From: an uncultured delta proteobacterium
GTDB lineage: Bacteria; Desulfobacterota; Desulfobaccia; Desulfobaccales; 0-14-0-80-60-11
Reading direction: 5' to 3'
DNA length: 64,000 nt
NCBI GenBank assembly: GCA_963812015.1
Contig: CAWETI010000002.1
Coordinates: 672,001-736,000 of the forward strand
Shown here: piece after piece, positions 19,558 through 30,862 of the stretch
How the letters are laid out: every line of letters starts with the position of its first letter
Position numbering within the stretch: the stretch's first letter is position 1
The notes under the pieces: model-generated
Told to the model about the DNA's origin: nothing
Seen by the model: only the letters and a program-made list of their open reading frames with translations
Databases searched by the model: none
Translations under genes and position numbers: made by a program

Positions 19558-20686
19558 GAGAAAAGTCATTGTAAGGCGTGCTCTTAAAATTGAGCAAAAC
19601 AGTTCCCATTCTCTCTATACATTCAGTTTAAGAGGGTACGAACTGTTGACTATTGCCGATATTTCCAAAATCTCCCGGGACGAAGCTGGGAAATTAATAG
19701 GATATCAACGGCCAGAAGTGAAAAAACACATCCAAGATATAATAGACTATCTAAATAGTGAGGAAGTATTATTCCCCAATTCTATTATCTTATCTCTCTC
19801 CTCGCTGGTAACTTTTCGTTCTAGTCGAGGACCAAACGTCTATGATGGTATTGCCACCGGTGGAACCATTGAAATACCGGTGCCTGGCCCAAATGAGCCA
19901 AAACCAGGGTGGATCGTGGATGGGCAACAAAGAGCCTTGGCCTTATCAAAATCCAAAAAATCTGGTCTAGCCATTCCCATCAACGCCTTTATTGCTGATG
20001 AAGTTGAAATTCAGCGGGATCAGTTTTTGCGAATTAACAATACTAAACCTCTCCCTCGAGGTTTGATTACGGAACTATTGCCTGAGGTCTCCTTGCCACT
20101 TCCGGCAAACCTCACGGCACGCAAAATTCCCTCCTCACTTTGTGATTTATTGAATCGAGACCCAGTTTCGCCATTTTATGGCCTGATTTATCGAGCTTCC
20201 TCAACCTCCCAGGAACGGGCTAAGGCCGTAGTGGCCGATACCTCAGTGGTCAAGATGTTACAGGAGAGTTTCTCTTCTGCTTCTGGGTGCCTGTTTCCTT
20301 TTCGCAATTTGGCCACCGGCGAAACCGATTTTCAGAGCGTCTGGCTATTAATAAATACCTTCTGGGCAGCCGTTCGGAATGTGTTTCCCAAAGCTTGGGG
20401 CAAACCACCAACGATGAGTCGGTTGATGCATGGTGTAGGCATCCGGGCGATGGGAAAGTTAATGGACAAAATGATGTCAGCCTTCAATCCCGCTCACAAT
20501 AACTCTCAAGAGGCAATTGAACGGCAACTGAGATTGATCAAAGATCAATGTCATTGGACCGAGGGAAGATGGGAGAACTTGGGCGGGGTTGAGTGGAACG
20601 AACTGCAGAATGTTCCCCGCCACATCCGTATCCTTTCCAATTATTTGATAAGGGCTCATTTGCAGGCAAGGACTATCGCACCTTGA
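19550..20686 (+). CDS. dpdB: DGQHR-domain (DndB/ParB-like) protein DpdB, copy 1
   Basis: GYQRPEV, PNSII, IVDGQQR and INNTKPLP. Confidence 0.9.
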   Translation: MVKRKVIVRRALKIEQNSSHSLYTFSLRGYELLTIADISKISRDEAGKLIGYQRPEVKKHIQDIIDYLNSEEVLFPNSIILSLSSLVTFRSSRGPNVYDGIATGGTIEIPVPGPNEPKPGWIVDGQQRALALSKSKKSGLAIPINAFIADEVEIQRDQFLRINNTKPLPRGLITELLPEVSLPLPANLTARKIPSSLCDLLNRDPVSPFYGLIYRASSTSQERAKAVVADTSVVKMLQESFSSASGCLFPFRNLATGETDFQSVWLLINTFWAAVRNVFPKAWGKPPTMSRLMHGVGIRAMGKLMDKMMSAFNPAHNNSQEAIERQLRLIKDQCHWTEGRWENLGGVEWNELQNVPRHIRILSNYLIRAHLQARTIAP

Positions 20687-21945
20687 AATATTTCTTTCCA
20701 GATAGCCACGATCTCATCGACCCGTCTTTCGATTTTGAATCCGAAACTCGGTCTTCCACTCGCATCACGCAAAGGGATGATCTTTACGCCCACCAAGTGT
20801 TCGATACCCCTCCCTATGATGGCATGTTGATTTCCAAAGCCATTGTCGAAGGGGACAGCAGCAAATATTCGTTGGGACAACGCCACCGACTTTACCGCGA
20901 AGGGGTGCGTCGTTTCCTGCGCCTGGATAAACTCAAAACCGGTCGCCGTCTTGAAACCATGGGTGATTGCGGCGCCTTTTCTTACGTCCGGGAAGAAGAC
21001 CCCCCGATTACTGTGGATGAAGCGATAGATTTTTATGAAGAATGTGGCTTCGACTATGGTATTTCTGTAGATCACATTATCCTGGGCTATAAAGAAGATT
21101 TGGACCGCACTCTTTTTGATCTGGAGGCGGTGCCCCCGGAATGGCGCCGGCGGCAGGAAATTACCCTACAAAGGGCCAGTGAATTCCTGAGGCGCCATGA
21201 GGCTCGGCGTTGCCGCTTCACCCCTATCGGGGTGGCCCAAGGGTGGAGTCCGGCCTCTTATGCAGCCTCGGTGGTGGAACTTCAAAAGATGGGGTACCGC
21301 ATGATTGCCATGGGAGGCATGGTCCCCCTGAAAACCCATGAGGTTCTGGCCTGCTTGCAGAGAACCCAAGAGATTCGGAACGCTGCCACTTTTTTCCACC
21401 TCCTGGGGATTACCAGACTCGGAAAAATTGATCGATTTGCCCGATTCGGAGTGGTGAGTTTTGACAGTACTACGCCGTTACTGCAAGCTTTCAAGGATAT
21501 CAAAGATAATTATCACACCCTGGAACGCAATTATTCAGCTATTAAAGTTCCCCAAGTGGATATGAACAATAATCTAAGAAATCTCATTAAGGCAGGAAAA
21601 GTTAAACAGGAAGAGGCTGTCAGGCTTGAGAAAGATTGTCTGAAATTATTAATGGACTATGATAATGGGATGGTCTCATTAGAAAATGTTTTAGAAGTTC
21701 TCATGGACTATGAATTTTTATATGATGGTAAGCATAAGAGAACCGAGGCTTATCGGGAAGTGCTGACCGATCAACCCTGGAAAAAATGCCAGTGCACCAT
21801 TTGCCGAGAGCTTGGGATCCACGTTATTATTTTTAGAGGTTCCGAACGCAATCGCCGTCGCGGTTTTCATAATATCTTTGTATTTTACAACCGTCTGAAG
21901 AGCGGACTCGAGGCGCGCCCTAAAGCCACCCATCAACCGGAATGA
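20683..21945 (+). CDS. dpdA: DNA 7-deazaguanine transglycosylase (TGT paralogue)
   Basis: FFPDS.D..DP, DCGAFSY, VAQG, GG, HLLG, SFDST and Zn site CQCTIC...H; TTG start overlaps the dpdB stop. Confidence 0.92.
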   Translation: MKYFFPDSHDLIDPSFDFESETRSSTRITQRDDLYAHQVFDTPPYDGMLISKAIVEGDSSKYSLGQRHRLYREGVRRFLRLDKLKTGRRLETMGDCGAFSYVREEDPPITVDEAIDFYEECGFDYGISVDHIILGYKEDLDRTLFDLEAVPPEWRRRQEITLQRASEFLRRHEARRCRFTPIGVAQGWSPASYAASVVELQKMGYRMIAMGGMVPLKTHEVLACLQRTQEIRNAATFFHLLGITRLGKIDRFARFGVVSFDSTTPLLQAFKDIKDNYHTLERNYSAIKVPQVDMNNNLRNLIKAGKVKQEEAVRLEKDCLKLLMDYDNGMVSLENVLEVLMDYEFLYDGKHKRTEAYREVLTDQPWKKCQCTICRELGIHVIIFRGSERNRRRGFHNIFVFYNRLKSGLEARPKATHQPE

Positions 21946-21956
21946 ACCGATAGAGG

Positions 21957-23096
21957 TTGCCCATGAAGCAAAACTATGAACTCAGGATACCGGCCCTAGA
22001 AATCCTTCAGGGGGAAAACCGGACCCTGTATTGCTTCGCCGTGGACGGTAAACTCCTGCCGTCTTTCACCACCATCTCCCGCCTCAGGCGAACCCCAGAA
22101 TCCCAGTTGCAAGGGTATCAAAGACCCGAAGTGATCTCCCACATTGCGGAGATCCGCAGATATCTTGAATCCGCGGACCCCATGATCCCTAATGCCGTGG
22201 TGGTGGCCTTAAATCGAACAGTACGCTTTCAAAGAACCGACTCCGAACCGGGAAATTCCCATGAGACCCGGATGGGGACGCTGATTATCCCCCTTGACCC
22301 CAACCTTCCAGAGGAAGACAAGCCTGGGTGGATCGTGGATGGGCAACAACGCATCGCAACCATTCGTGACGCCCAGTTGGAGAAGTTTCCTATTTGTGTG
22401 ATCGGCTTTATTACCGATGACCTTCACGAACAGAAAAACCAGTTTATTTTGGTCAACTCCACGAAGCCCTTGCCCAAGGGCTTAATCTACGAACTCCTGC
22501 CATCCACCGAGGGTTTCTTACCCACTTTTTTGCAAAAGCGGCGGTTCCCCGCTTACCTCATGGAACGACTCAACCACGACGAGGACTCGCCGTTCAAAGA
22601 AATTATAATGACGGCCAGCAATCCTGGGGGCATCGTTAAAGATACCTCCATCCTCAAGATGTGTGAAAACAGTTTGCATGACGGTGTCCTCCACCGCTTT
22701 AGGGACTCTACTAACGGGGGGTGGAATGCCGAGGACATGCTGCGGGTATTGAAATGTTTCTGGAGCGCGGTTGCAAAAGTTTTCAAAGACGCCTGGGGGT
22801 TGCCTCCCCGCCGGTCACGTCTAATGCATGGGGCCGGCATCGTGAGTTTAGGGTTCATCATGGATGCAATTGGTGACCGGAGTCCCTTCGATTCGATACC
22901 AACAGAGGATTTTTTCAAGGTGGACTTAGACCAACTCACGCCTTTGTGCCGCTGGACTCATGGGTATTGGGATTTTGCCCCTGGCATGCAAAGGAAATGG
23001 AACGATATCCAGAATACCCCAAGAGATATACAGTTGTTGGCTAATTATTTACTATCTCAGTATAAAAGAATGGCAAGGCACGGACATACAAGTTAA
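21957..23096 (+). CDS. dpdB: DGQHR-domain protein DpdB, copy 2
   Basis: GYQRPEV, IVDGQQR, NSTKPLP and SRLMHG.GI. Confidence 0.9.
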   Translation: MPMKQNYELRIPALEILQGENRTLYCFAVDGKLLPSFTTISRLRRTPESQLQGYQRPEVISHIAEIRRYLESADPMIPNAVVVALNRTVRFQRTDSEPGNSHETRMGTLIIPLDPNLPEEDKPGWIVDGQQRIATIRDAQLEKFPICVIGFITDDLHEQKNQFILVNSTKPLPKGLIYELLPSTEGFLPTFLQKRRFPAYLMERLNHDEDSPFKEIIMTASNPGGIVKDTSILKMCENSLHDGVLHRFRDSTNGGWNAEDMLRVLKCFWSAVAKVFKDAWGLPPRRSRLMHGAGIVSLGFIMDAIGDRSPFDSIPTEDFFKVDLDQLTPLCRWTHGYWDFAPGMQRKWNDIQNTPRDIQLLANYLLSQYKRMARHGHTS

Positions 23097-23239
23097 GTTT
23101 ACGGAGTAATAAAACAATCAATTTTCGGTTATATTCTTGATAAAATACTCTTCTAATGCCAGTTTGTGTCGATTATTAGGAAGTCCTATTCACCAACATA
23201 GCAAAATTATTTTCTTTGCTTCTGATTCAAGGGGGAAGT

Positions 23240-25001
23240 TCATGATCGTTCCCGACTCCACCTTTCGAGGGCGCGCACTATACTTGATGCTCCCGTCCCC
23301 TGAACGTAGCATAACTTTCTGCGATCAAAACCGTCAAAAGCGCGAAAGACGGCATGAGAGGTAGCTATCCAGACAAACAAAACAACATCACAAGTTCGCG
23401 CCAAGTCAGTGTCGGTACCAACCACTTTAGTAGATACTATCGAGACCTTAGCCCCGGCCCGGTCTTGAATAATTTCGGCTGCCATCCGGGCTTGTTGCTC
23501 GCGCATGCAAACAATCGCAACCTTTTTGAGGTTGGCATTAACTAAGAGATCTTCGGGAGGTACATCATTTTTAATAGGGAAGTATTCTTGAATCGTCTCC
23601 TCTTCTAGACCTATTATAGATCCTGTGCTGCGCCATAGGACCTTCTCGGATTCCAGCAATTGCTGCGAGTTCCTCTTTCGCTAGATCAGCCGCATCAATC
23701 CACAAATTGCCTGCCGCCCCACTATCCGGGTGCTGATACGCGAGCAACTCAATTGCGTCCAGGGCAAATGGTAACTGAGAAGGTACTGGGCGGGCCTTCC
23801 ACCATGCTTCGATAATACTTTTTGCCTCATCAATATTATGGTTGAGTTCAAAAAGCGCGTTAGCCAGTTCGAGGAGTACATGACCTTCTTCTCTCCCTCC
23901 CCCTATCCCGGCATTCATTTCACCCCAAAGGCGTAACAAAGATGAATAAAGTTCAGCAAAATCTCTTCTGGGAAAATCTGGTTCACGGACAAAGTCTCCA
24001 AGAAAAGTAACAAGGGCCTCATTAATTAGTTGTCTGTTTTGTTGTTTGAGTTCATTACTTACAAATAAAGAATCCCAGCGTTCAGAATAGGCTTCGATTT
24101 GATTCTGGTTTAGTTGCTCAACAAAAATCGCATCTTTCTCCTCCAACCAATTCCGGGCGCTTTCTATGTCGTTTTGGTCAATTAATAGCGAAAACCATTG
24201 CTCCCACTCATCTTTTATATCTATAGGTATGACTTCTGGTTCCCCAATGAAAACCGGTTCAGGTTGAAACTCTCCCAGTGCTTCCCTAATGCATTCATTT
24301 ATTATGTTCGGCAAGTAAGGTTGAGTTTGCAGATAGGGTAGATTGCGGCAGTTTCTTATGTTTTCAAATTCCCTGAAATGATGCCACAGGCGAATGCGCA
24401 TCAATTGAGTATTCAGGGCTTTATCTAGTTCGTAGGTATCAATTAATTCTATTGCCTTTTCAGCCAGGTCGCGATCACCCAGTAACAAGGCTGATTGAAA
24501 TTGCGTCCTGAGTTCATAGAGAGAAGGTCGCCTCAAACGATTCCGCTCTGGACGTCTTTCTTCGAGTTGATAAAATGTGGCGAGTTTATGTTCGACTATG
24601 GAATATTGCTCAATCGAACATCGCCAGCGAAAATAATTGGTTGGCGAAATTTCCGATATGACTCGTTGGAAGGTATCCCGGGAGGTATCAGGGATCTTAT
24701 ATCCATCGCCACTTTCCTGCCATCCGTAGCTAGGAAGTATCCATGCCTGCAATTTTTCAATCTGTTTTTGGAGCAGCAAAGGTTGAGGGGCTAGTGTACA
24801 CCAAATTACATGCCTATCAGTAAAAAAAGGAAAAGAGCCACCTTTCCCATTAATAAGATTTATCAACTCTCCACTTAATGGGTGGGCTTCGATGTTACGA
24901 ATTTCTTCCTCTAATAAGTCAAAGCAAAGCCTTTTCTGATATTTCTCCCAATTGCTATTGAACTGCTTTAGTACTTCTAGGAGGGGCTTAGTAATTTTCA
25001 T
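23240..25001 (-). pseudogene. dpdD: DpdD-like protein with a +1 frameshift at about 23676-23678
   Basis: Last gene after dpdK (TAATG overlap). C-terminal Rossmann-like part (D.VLFVW..TSHAV..GTGASSI) is in a second frame; removing one A joins them. Confidence 0.75.
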
Positions 25002-25558
25002 TAGATTTGATCCGCACTTAATTCTAAATTGTCCCAAATACGCTCGAACTCAAGATAGGCTTCATTGATTTTCCGATTGCCTTCAGGATCGAGCGAAGCA
25101 TTACAAGTGATCTTTTCGCGATTTACGTAAAGTCCACTGTAAGTGAAGTTCATAGATCCCTCAAAATAGAACAACTCTGACAATAATCCTTTCTGATGGT
25201 CCTTCTGGGCTTTTTCGAATTTTACTTGGACTCGTCTTTGTTTATCGAATTTCACTGCGAATGCTCTGGATTTCGTATCAGGCCAGGTGATGATGCGGAC
25301 CGGTAAGCGATTTGAAACCTCAATCAGAGTCTCACTAAAAAGGATATGCCGGTTTTCAGCAAAATTATTCTGGTATCTGAGCAGATCTTTAAACTCTCCA
25401 AATGCATTATCGAGCAACTTAAAATCGGAAAGCCAAGGTGAAATCAGGTACATTGGTCGCTTACAGGGAACCCCGAGCAATAAAGTGCTAAAGAAAGAAG
25501 CTAGCAAATCCCGGACTTTCTTCCCCCCATCTCTTGAATGAATATCACGACTAGACAT
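25001..25558 (-). CDS. dpdK: Phospholipase D-like nuclease DpdK
   Basis: LISPWLSD, HQK and GSMNFTYSG. Confidence 0.85.
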   Translation of the reverse strand: MSSRDIHSRDGGKKVRDLLASFFSTLLLGVPCKRPMYLISPWLSDFKLLDNAFGEFKDLLRYQNNFAENRHILFSETLIEVSNRLPVRIITWPDTKSRAFAVKFDKQRRVQVKFEKAQKDHQKGLLSELFYFEGSMNFTYSGLYVNREKITCNASLDPEGNRKINEAYLEFERIWDNLELSADQI

Positions 25559-28500
25559 TTGCGAAATCTCGAATCTGAAGCGCAACCTTGATGTATCCAC
25601 CTGTGACTTCTATTCGACTGATATGCACTGATTCACGATAAGTTTGCACATTTATCTCCTCAAAAAAAAGGGGTACCAGGTTTTCGATTAATTGCTGTTG
25701 AAGGTTCATCGGCGCAACTAAGGAAACACGCCCTTCCTTTTCAAGCGCGGCGCGAGCATTAGTTACCCATTTGTTGCTTGTTGCACTTACCGCTACCATC
25801 ATTTGTTCGAGGGACAGCCACGGAAGGGCTAAGTTGCGAGCAGGCTTACCGAAGTCGTTGAAATAGTTTGGATTGTTCAAACAATCTGGACAGCTATCTT
25901 CACAACCATCAAACAACAATTGCTGAATGATCGCATAAAGTTGGGGTAATGTTGGAGGAGTATTGTATGCCCGCCTAAATAGATCGACCAATCGTCTTTG
26001 ACTAGGAGGAAAAGAGCTAACTACGTAAGCAAAGGTGCGAATAGGAATTTTCAAACCGATCTTCTTGCTATGTCGCTCCCATAATTCATTGAGTAAAAAG
26101 GTTAGCATATCCGTATTCCTGGAACTTCCGGGCCTTAATAATTTCATACTCACTGCTGATATATTATTACGCTGCGGATTCAGTCCGCGAACATGCATTG
26201 CATTTATAAGAGATTGTTTTGCCTGCTCCAAGGAACTCATATTTGGAGCATTGCGTACGTCATTGAAGGCATCGACTAAGGCACCGGCACCGTCTCGATG
26301 CTCCTTATACACCTCCCTTGTTACAGCATTCAGATTGACGCACCAGGATTGACGAGGACAATTGGCCACAGCGTGCTCCAGGGCATCAAGGAAGAATCTC
26401 GGGTCACCCTTGATTTCGCGAACAACCGACTCCATTTGTCCCACTCCCCCAGAACTCTTTTCGGTTAACAGGATTTCATGCTTCTCATCGGAAGAAATCA
26501 CGTCAACAATAAGATCATCCTCATCAACTTGGTCTGATACCGTTGCTACTGCTATCCGCAAAGCTTGGGCCAATGTCGCCAAATAGCGCTGCCTAACCCA
26601 ATGATCGAAATCAGGTCCTGGCGGAGTATTCCAGAGGGTTTTTTCTAAGCGTTCAATTTCAGATATGACACTACTGGCCTGCCATAAATCAATGATATCC
26701 TGCTTAAGCTTGGATTCCTCTTCTTGCCCGGTTGGATCCACTCCTCTTACCTGAAAAATTACATCCAGAACTCGCCGAACGGACTCAATTCGCCTCTCGC
26801 TAAGCAGTTCTTGCGCTTTAGGCAGCGATATCTTCTTTCGAATTGCGGTGGCACATATCATGGCCATTGAGATCTCTGCCATCCATACTGCCCGGAATAC
26901 ATTAAGGTGGTCCTGCAGCGCAGGAGATGTTTTAAGCTTATGTAGGAAATATTCATAGCGTAGTTGCCCAAGCATGTTTTGAGTGATTAATGGTAGGTCA
27001 TTTAAGTGAGAGTTTCCCACCACAAATCGAAGTCCGTCGGCGTTCACCTGAAAGCCCACTGCTTCTGGGATCCCATCATCACCCTGTAAATGCAATACGC
27101 CAAGGATTGGATTTTTGTTCTTGTGACGGATTTCAAATTGGCAACTGTTGGCATAACGCAACAGTTCAATCCATGATCCGTTGATATGAAGGTGGGCTGT
27201 TGCTTGAGATAAGACCAGGTTCCAAGGCTTGCTGCCCCTGACCGGCAGTGACTCTCCGCAATCATTATTGTGTATGGATGCAATGGTCTCCCACTGCCAT
27301 TCGCTCGAACTGGATTCGACGACGCCATTTGGTATATGAGTTAGCTTGGCATCCAAGGGGCGGTAGATTTGAGTACTGCCAGCAGCGCTTAAGGGTACGT
27401 ATTCATTATAAAGCTGGCCAATGGAAGCGATATTATGCCCGACATTAAGTTGTGAGGAATATTCGTGCCAATATCCCGGTTCTGGAGGGTCGAAATTAGC
27501 AAGGGTTGAGAAGCGCTTGGAAACCCTTCCAGGGCAACTCTCTCGGAGAAACTGTGGAAGCGACAGAAGTTCGTCGTCCTTATCGTGGCCTCGGAAGGAT
27601 TCTAATACAATGGTTGCATCATTAAGGTCCAATTCTTCAAAGGTAGCTTTTGGAATTGCAAGCGGCATGGGTCGACCCGAATTCGCATCTTCATCAGGTC
27701 GATTGCCGGGTCCCGATTGCCTCCATTCAACTTCTATCTTTCTTAGTAGAGCGGGAATTCCTCCGGTGAGCAAAGGCCTGGGTTCTTCCCAAAAAATGTC
27801 ATTGAGTTCACTCATGGCAATAGCTCGATCTTCCTCATTTTTCCAGGAGAGACCTCCCCGACCGTTAAAGTACATTGAAAATGCGCTGGAGAAAAACCTT
27901 TTCCACTGAGCACCTTGTTGCAAGAAGTCTTTTAAATATCTTTTTGCTTCGCTTTGAGCTTGCTGAGATATTTTCCATGTGCTTCGCTTGCTTAAATACG
28001 AGAAAGGGGAATCTGCTTTATCTATCATCTGACCCAACCAATCGACCAGAAATAAAGCCATTTGAACGCGTAGGACATATGGGTTAGCAATGGGAAGGTG
28101 AATACGATCTATTTCGGGATCAAACAAACGCTCTGCCGATTGAAACGCCCATCGATCTCGTCCGTAATCGGATAGTATCACCACTGTCCAAGGCCGACTT
28201 CCGCGGGTTCGGCCAGCTCGCCCTTTTCTCTGGATAAAGGAAGACATGGAAATAGGAGATTTATGGTGCAGGACAATCCCAACATGTGGATCATCGAAGC
28301 CTACCTCCAGTGAACTAGTGGCCAAGATAATATCTGAATTGGCATTGGCTCCCGGGTCCTGAGAACTGCAGCGGGATATATCTAGGCTCTGAGTAAGGTT
28401 ATGCCCTATCTCTTGAGGCAGGTCCCAAATCTGACCCTCCGCCCGCATGCTTCGCAAAGTGGTCTGGTTAGGAAGCGGACTGGGCATACTTCGTAAGCCT

Positions 28501-30173
28501 GCCAAGCGCTGGCTTTCAGCATGACGCATATTCGCAAACCAGCGGTTCAAAGAATCCAGATTATCGGTGAAGCCAAAAGCCTTTTTGAGATGAAAAATAT
28601 CTGCCCTGATGGGCGGGGCAGGCATGGGCACCACATAATTTCGTGGGGTCAACATCCGGGTAAGCAGCATTGCAGTTTGAATCGAGGTCGATAGTAAGGC
28701 GGTCCCCGAAGAGGGGTCACCCTTAATTGCCAAATTATATTCCTGTCCTTCTGCCTGCATTTCGCCTTCTGGACCGATACCTGGCTTGGGTGGAAATTCG
28801 GCAACTCGGTCTGGGAAAATCCCACATATGCGTCCCATATGCTCTGGAGCGTCCCTCAAAGTTGCAGACAAGCCAACAAAGTGAGGAGGCTTCGCTCCTG
28901 CTCCTGCATGAACCCAATATTTCCATCGCCTCAACACCCAAGCTGTCTGAGCCCCGGCAATGCCCTCATGAGTATGGACTTCATCAAGTAAAACTAACCG
29001 GGGTGCCAGATTCCCTTGCCTGATCCCGAACGTTCTTCGCCATTGGGGGTTGCCCATTTCGCGGTTGAGCATCTCCAGAGAAATGAAGAGAACATCCGGC
29101 GGATTCTGTATAAGTTGCTCCCTGGTGATCCGCAAGACTCCGTCGGGAACATCCGGAATGGATTCTCCCAGGCGATAAAGAACCGTCCTCCCTTTTTCTC
29201 GATCGCAATTCTTCCAGATTAGATCGCTCCGCCCATCTTTAGGAGAACTAAGATAAGGTATCACATGACCTTCTGCTCTTTGTTCCCAATACCACTTTGG
29301 TGGCCGCTTCCCCGGAGTTACTGGCTTGAACCAGTAATCCATTGGAGAACTCCCCAACAAAGCTCCGAAAACGATGGGACGCTGTCCATGCCGCTGTAGG
29401 ACAGGACGCAGTTTTGCCGATTCTGACAAGGCTTCGCGTAACTGGTCCGCCAGAAGGACATTGCGCGGATATATAGCGACAACCTTAGTGAAGAAGGTGG
29501 GGTCTTTAGAAATTTCCTCTGCAACACGGAGGAATGCGGGTACGTAAAAAGCCTTCGTCTTGCCAGACCCCGTACCTGCACAAATTACAGAAGCGGAGCC
29601 ATTGCCAGAGTTATATTCTCTAAAAATGTGCTCAAATGAACGCTTTTGAAACCCGGCAAACTTCAATTCATTGCCTTGGTCATCTCGACATAGAGCTTCG
29701 TAGCATTCCTTAACCAGTTGCTCGGAGTTCTTAGAACATAACCTCTCTAAATTGTCTCTCCAGATATCCAAACTCGGTAAGTCTCGGCGAGGATAGACGC
29801 GGTATCTTAGGTGTATCTTAATATCTGAGACTAGTCGCGGACCAGTAGCCCAATCTTGCGGATTAAACATTTGTCGAAGATTGGCCAGAAGTCGAATTCC
29901 CTCAGCCATTCTGGTCCGATACATATCCGAGACATCGGGAAGTTGATAGATCAGATGACTCCTACGTAATTCCCTAATAAGAGTCTTAAAAGTAATTCCC
30001 TGAATCTGGAGGTTGTTCCACTGGTCTCTTAGTTCAATAGGTGCCTCATGCTGAAGGACATGTAGCATATCGGTCTCAGAATACTGAACATTATGAAATC
30101 CCCAGGAAAGCAGCTTTTCTTCACGTCTTTCAAGAAAAGTTAAGAAGTTGCTGGCAAACTCTTGAATATTCAT
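25551..30173 (-). CDS. dpdJ: Lhr-like DEAD/DEAH helicase DpdJ
   Basis: E.KLLSWG, GTGSGKT, DEVH, SAT, TSSLEVG.D, QRKGRAGR and C.DSCPDC. Confidence 0.9.
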   Translation of the reverse strand: MNIQEFASNFLTFLERREEKLLSWGFHNVQYSETDMLHVLQHEAPIELRDQWNNLQIQGITFKTLIRELRRSHLIYQLPDVSDMYRTRMAEGIRLLANLRQMFNPQDWATGPRLVSDIKIHLRYRVYPRRDLPSLDIWRDNLERLCSKNSEQLVKECYEALCRDDQGNELKFAGFQKRSFEHIFREYNSGNGSASVICAGTGSGKTKAFYVPAFLRVAEEISKDPTFFTKVVAIYPRNVLLADQLREALSESAKLRPVLQRHGQRPIVFGALLGSSPMDYWFKPVTPGKRPPKWYWEQRAEGHVIPYLSSPKDGRSDLIWKNCDREKGRTVLYRLGESIPDVPDGVLRITREQLIQNPPDVLFISLEMLNREMGNPQWRRTFGIRQGNLAPRLVLLDEVHTHEGIAGAQTAWVLRRWKYWVHAGAGAKPPHFVGLSATLRDAPEHMGRICGIFPDRVAEFPPKPGIGPEGEMQAEGQEYNLAIKGDPSSGTALLSTSIQTAMLLTRMLTPRNYVVPMPAPPIRADIFHLKKAFGFTDNLDSLNRWFANMRHAESQRLAGLRSMPSPLPNQTTLRSMRAEGQIWDLPQEIGHNLTQSLDISRCSSQDPGANANSDIILATSSLEVGFDDPHVGIVLHHKSPISMSSFIQRKGRAGRTRGSRPWTVVILSDYGRDRWAFQSAERLFDPEIDRIHLPIANPYVLRVQMALFLVDWLGQMIDKADSPFSYLSKRSTWKISQQAQSEAKRYLKDFLQQGAQWKRFFSSAFSMYFNGRGGLSWKNEEDRAIAMSELNDIFWEEPRPLLTGGIPALLRKIEVEWRQSGPGNRPDEDANSGRPMPLAIPKATFEELDLNDATIVLESFRGHDKDDELLSLPQFLRESCPGRVSKRFSTLANFDPPEPGYWHEYSSQLNVGHNIASIGQLYNEYVPLSAAGSTQIYRPLDAKLTHIPNGVVESSSSEWQWETIASIHNNDCGESLPVRGSKPWNLVLSQATAHLHINGSWIELLRYANSCQFEIRHKNKNPILGVLHLQGDDGIPEAVGFQVNADGLRFVVGNSHLNDLPLITQNMLGQLRYEYFLHKLKTSPALQDHLNVFRAVWMAEISMAMICATAIRKKISLPKAQELLSERRIESVRRVLDVIFQVRGVDPTGQEEESKLKQDIIDLWQASSVISEIERLEKTLWNTPPGPDFDHWVRQRYLATLAQALRIAVATVSDQVDEDDLIVDVISSDEKHEILLTEKSSGGVGQMESVVREIKGDPRFFLDALEHAVANCPRQSWCVNLNAVTREVYKEHRDGAGALVDAFNDVRNAPNMSSLEQAKQSLINAMHVRGLNPQRNNISAVSMKLLRPGSSRNTDMLTFLLNELWERHSKKIGLKIPIRTFAYVVSSFPPSQRRLVDLFRRAYNTPPTLPQLYAIIQQLLFDGCEDSCPDCLNNPNYFNDFGKPARNLALPWLSLEQMMVAVSATSNKWVTNARAALEKEGRVSLVAPMNLQQQLIENLVPLFFEEINVQTYRESVHISRIEVTGGYIKVALQIRDFANV

Positions 30174-30176
30174 TGC

Positions 30177-30857
30177 TCAAAGCCTGACATGGAACGAATC
30201 CCATAGGTTATATTCATCAATTTTTGACTTGACTTCATCGTTTAGTAAGTCACGTGGCGATGCAGTTCCTGCTGCCGCAGATGTAAGGAACTGTCCGAAA
30301 GGTCCCTCAAGCCCCAACTTCGCAATACTCTTCTCCAGTTTCTCTTTGATTGCTTTGACCTGTTGCACTTCTTTATCGCTTTGTGGGATTCCCTGCAGTT
30401 TAAGATTGTCAACAGACTCCTTGAATTCCTTTCCTCCTTTGGCACCTAGACTCTGGACGACGATAGCAAGTTTCTCCCATTTGGTAACGCTATTGCTAAT
30501 GTTTAGGTTCCAAATATCGCGGCATTGATTTGTAGCCTTGTCGGCATAATCTCCCAACCGAATAACTTTATTTTCCGTTGCCCTAGCTTTAACTTTTTTT
30601 GGATCCTCGTCGATCTCTTTATGTAGTCGCTTGGCTTCAGTTACGCTAGATTTCAACAAGGGGAGAATTTTCTTTGCACATTCAGCATCTGGATAGGCTT
30701 TGGAGATATAGCCCATGTTTATAAAAGCTTGTTTCAGTTTCTCTCGAGATTTTGCTACCTTCTGCGTATACTCGCCAAAATTCTCTGCAAATTCTCGCAA
30801 AGATTTTTTCTCTGGTAGTTGCTCAAGACGCTCTTTTAACTGACTTAGGTTTGACAT
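30177..30857 (-). CDS. dpdI: Helical protein, probable DpdI
   Basis: Position between dpdH and dpdJ; coiled-coil composition. Confidence 0.6.
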   Translation of the reverse strand: MSNLSQLKERLEQLPEKKSLREFAENFGEYTQKVAKSREKLKQAFINMGYISKAYPDAECAKKILPLLKSSVTEAKRLHKEIDEDPKKVKARATENKVIRLGDYADKATNQCRDIWNLNISNSVTKWEKLAIVVQSLGAKGGKEFKESVDNLKLQGIPQSDKEVQQVKAIKEKLEKSIAKLGLEGPFGQFLTSAAAGTASPRDLLNDEVKSKIDEYNLWDSFHVRL

Positions 30858-30862
30858 ATTGA

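Noticed and set aside
19550..23096. Dnd phosphorothioate system
   Set aside because: The DGQHR genes flank a TGT paralogue; no dndC/D/E motifs are present.
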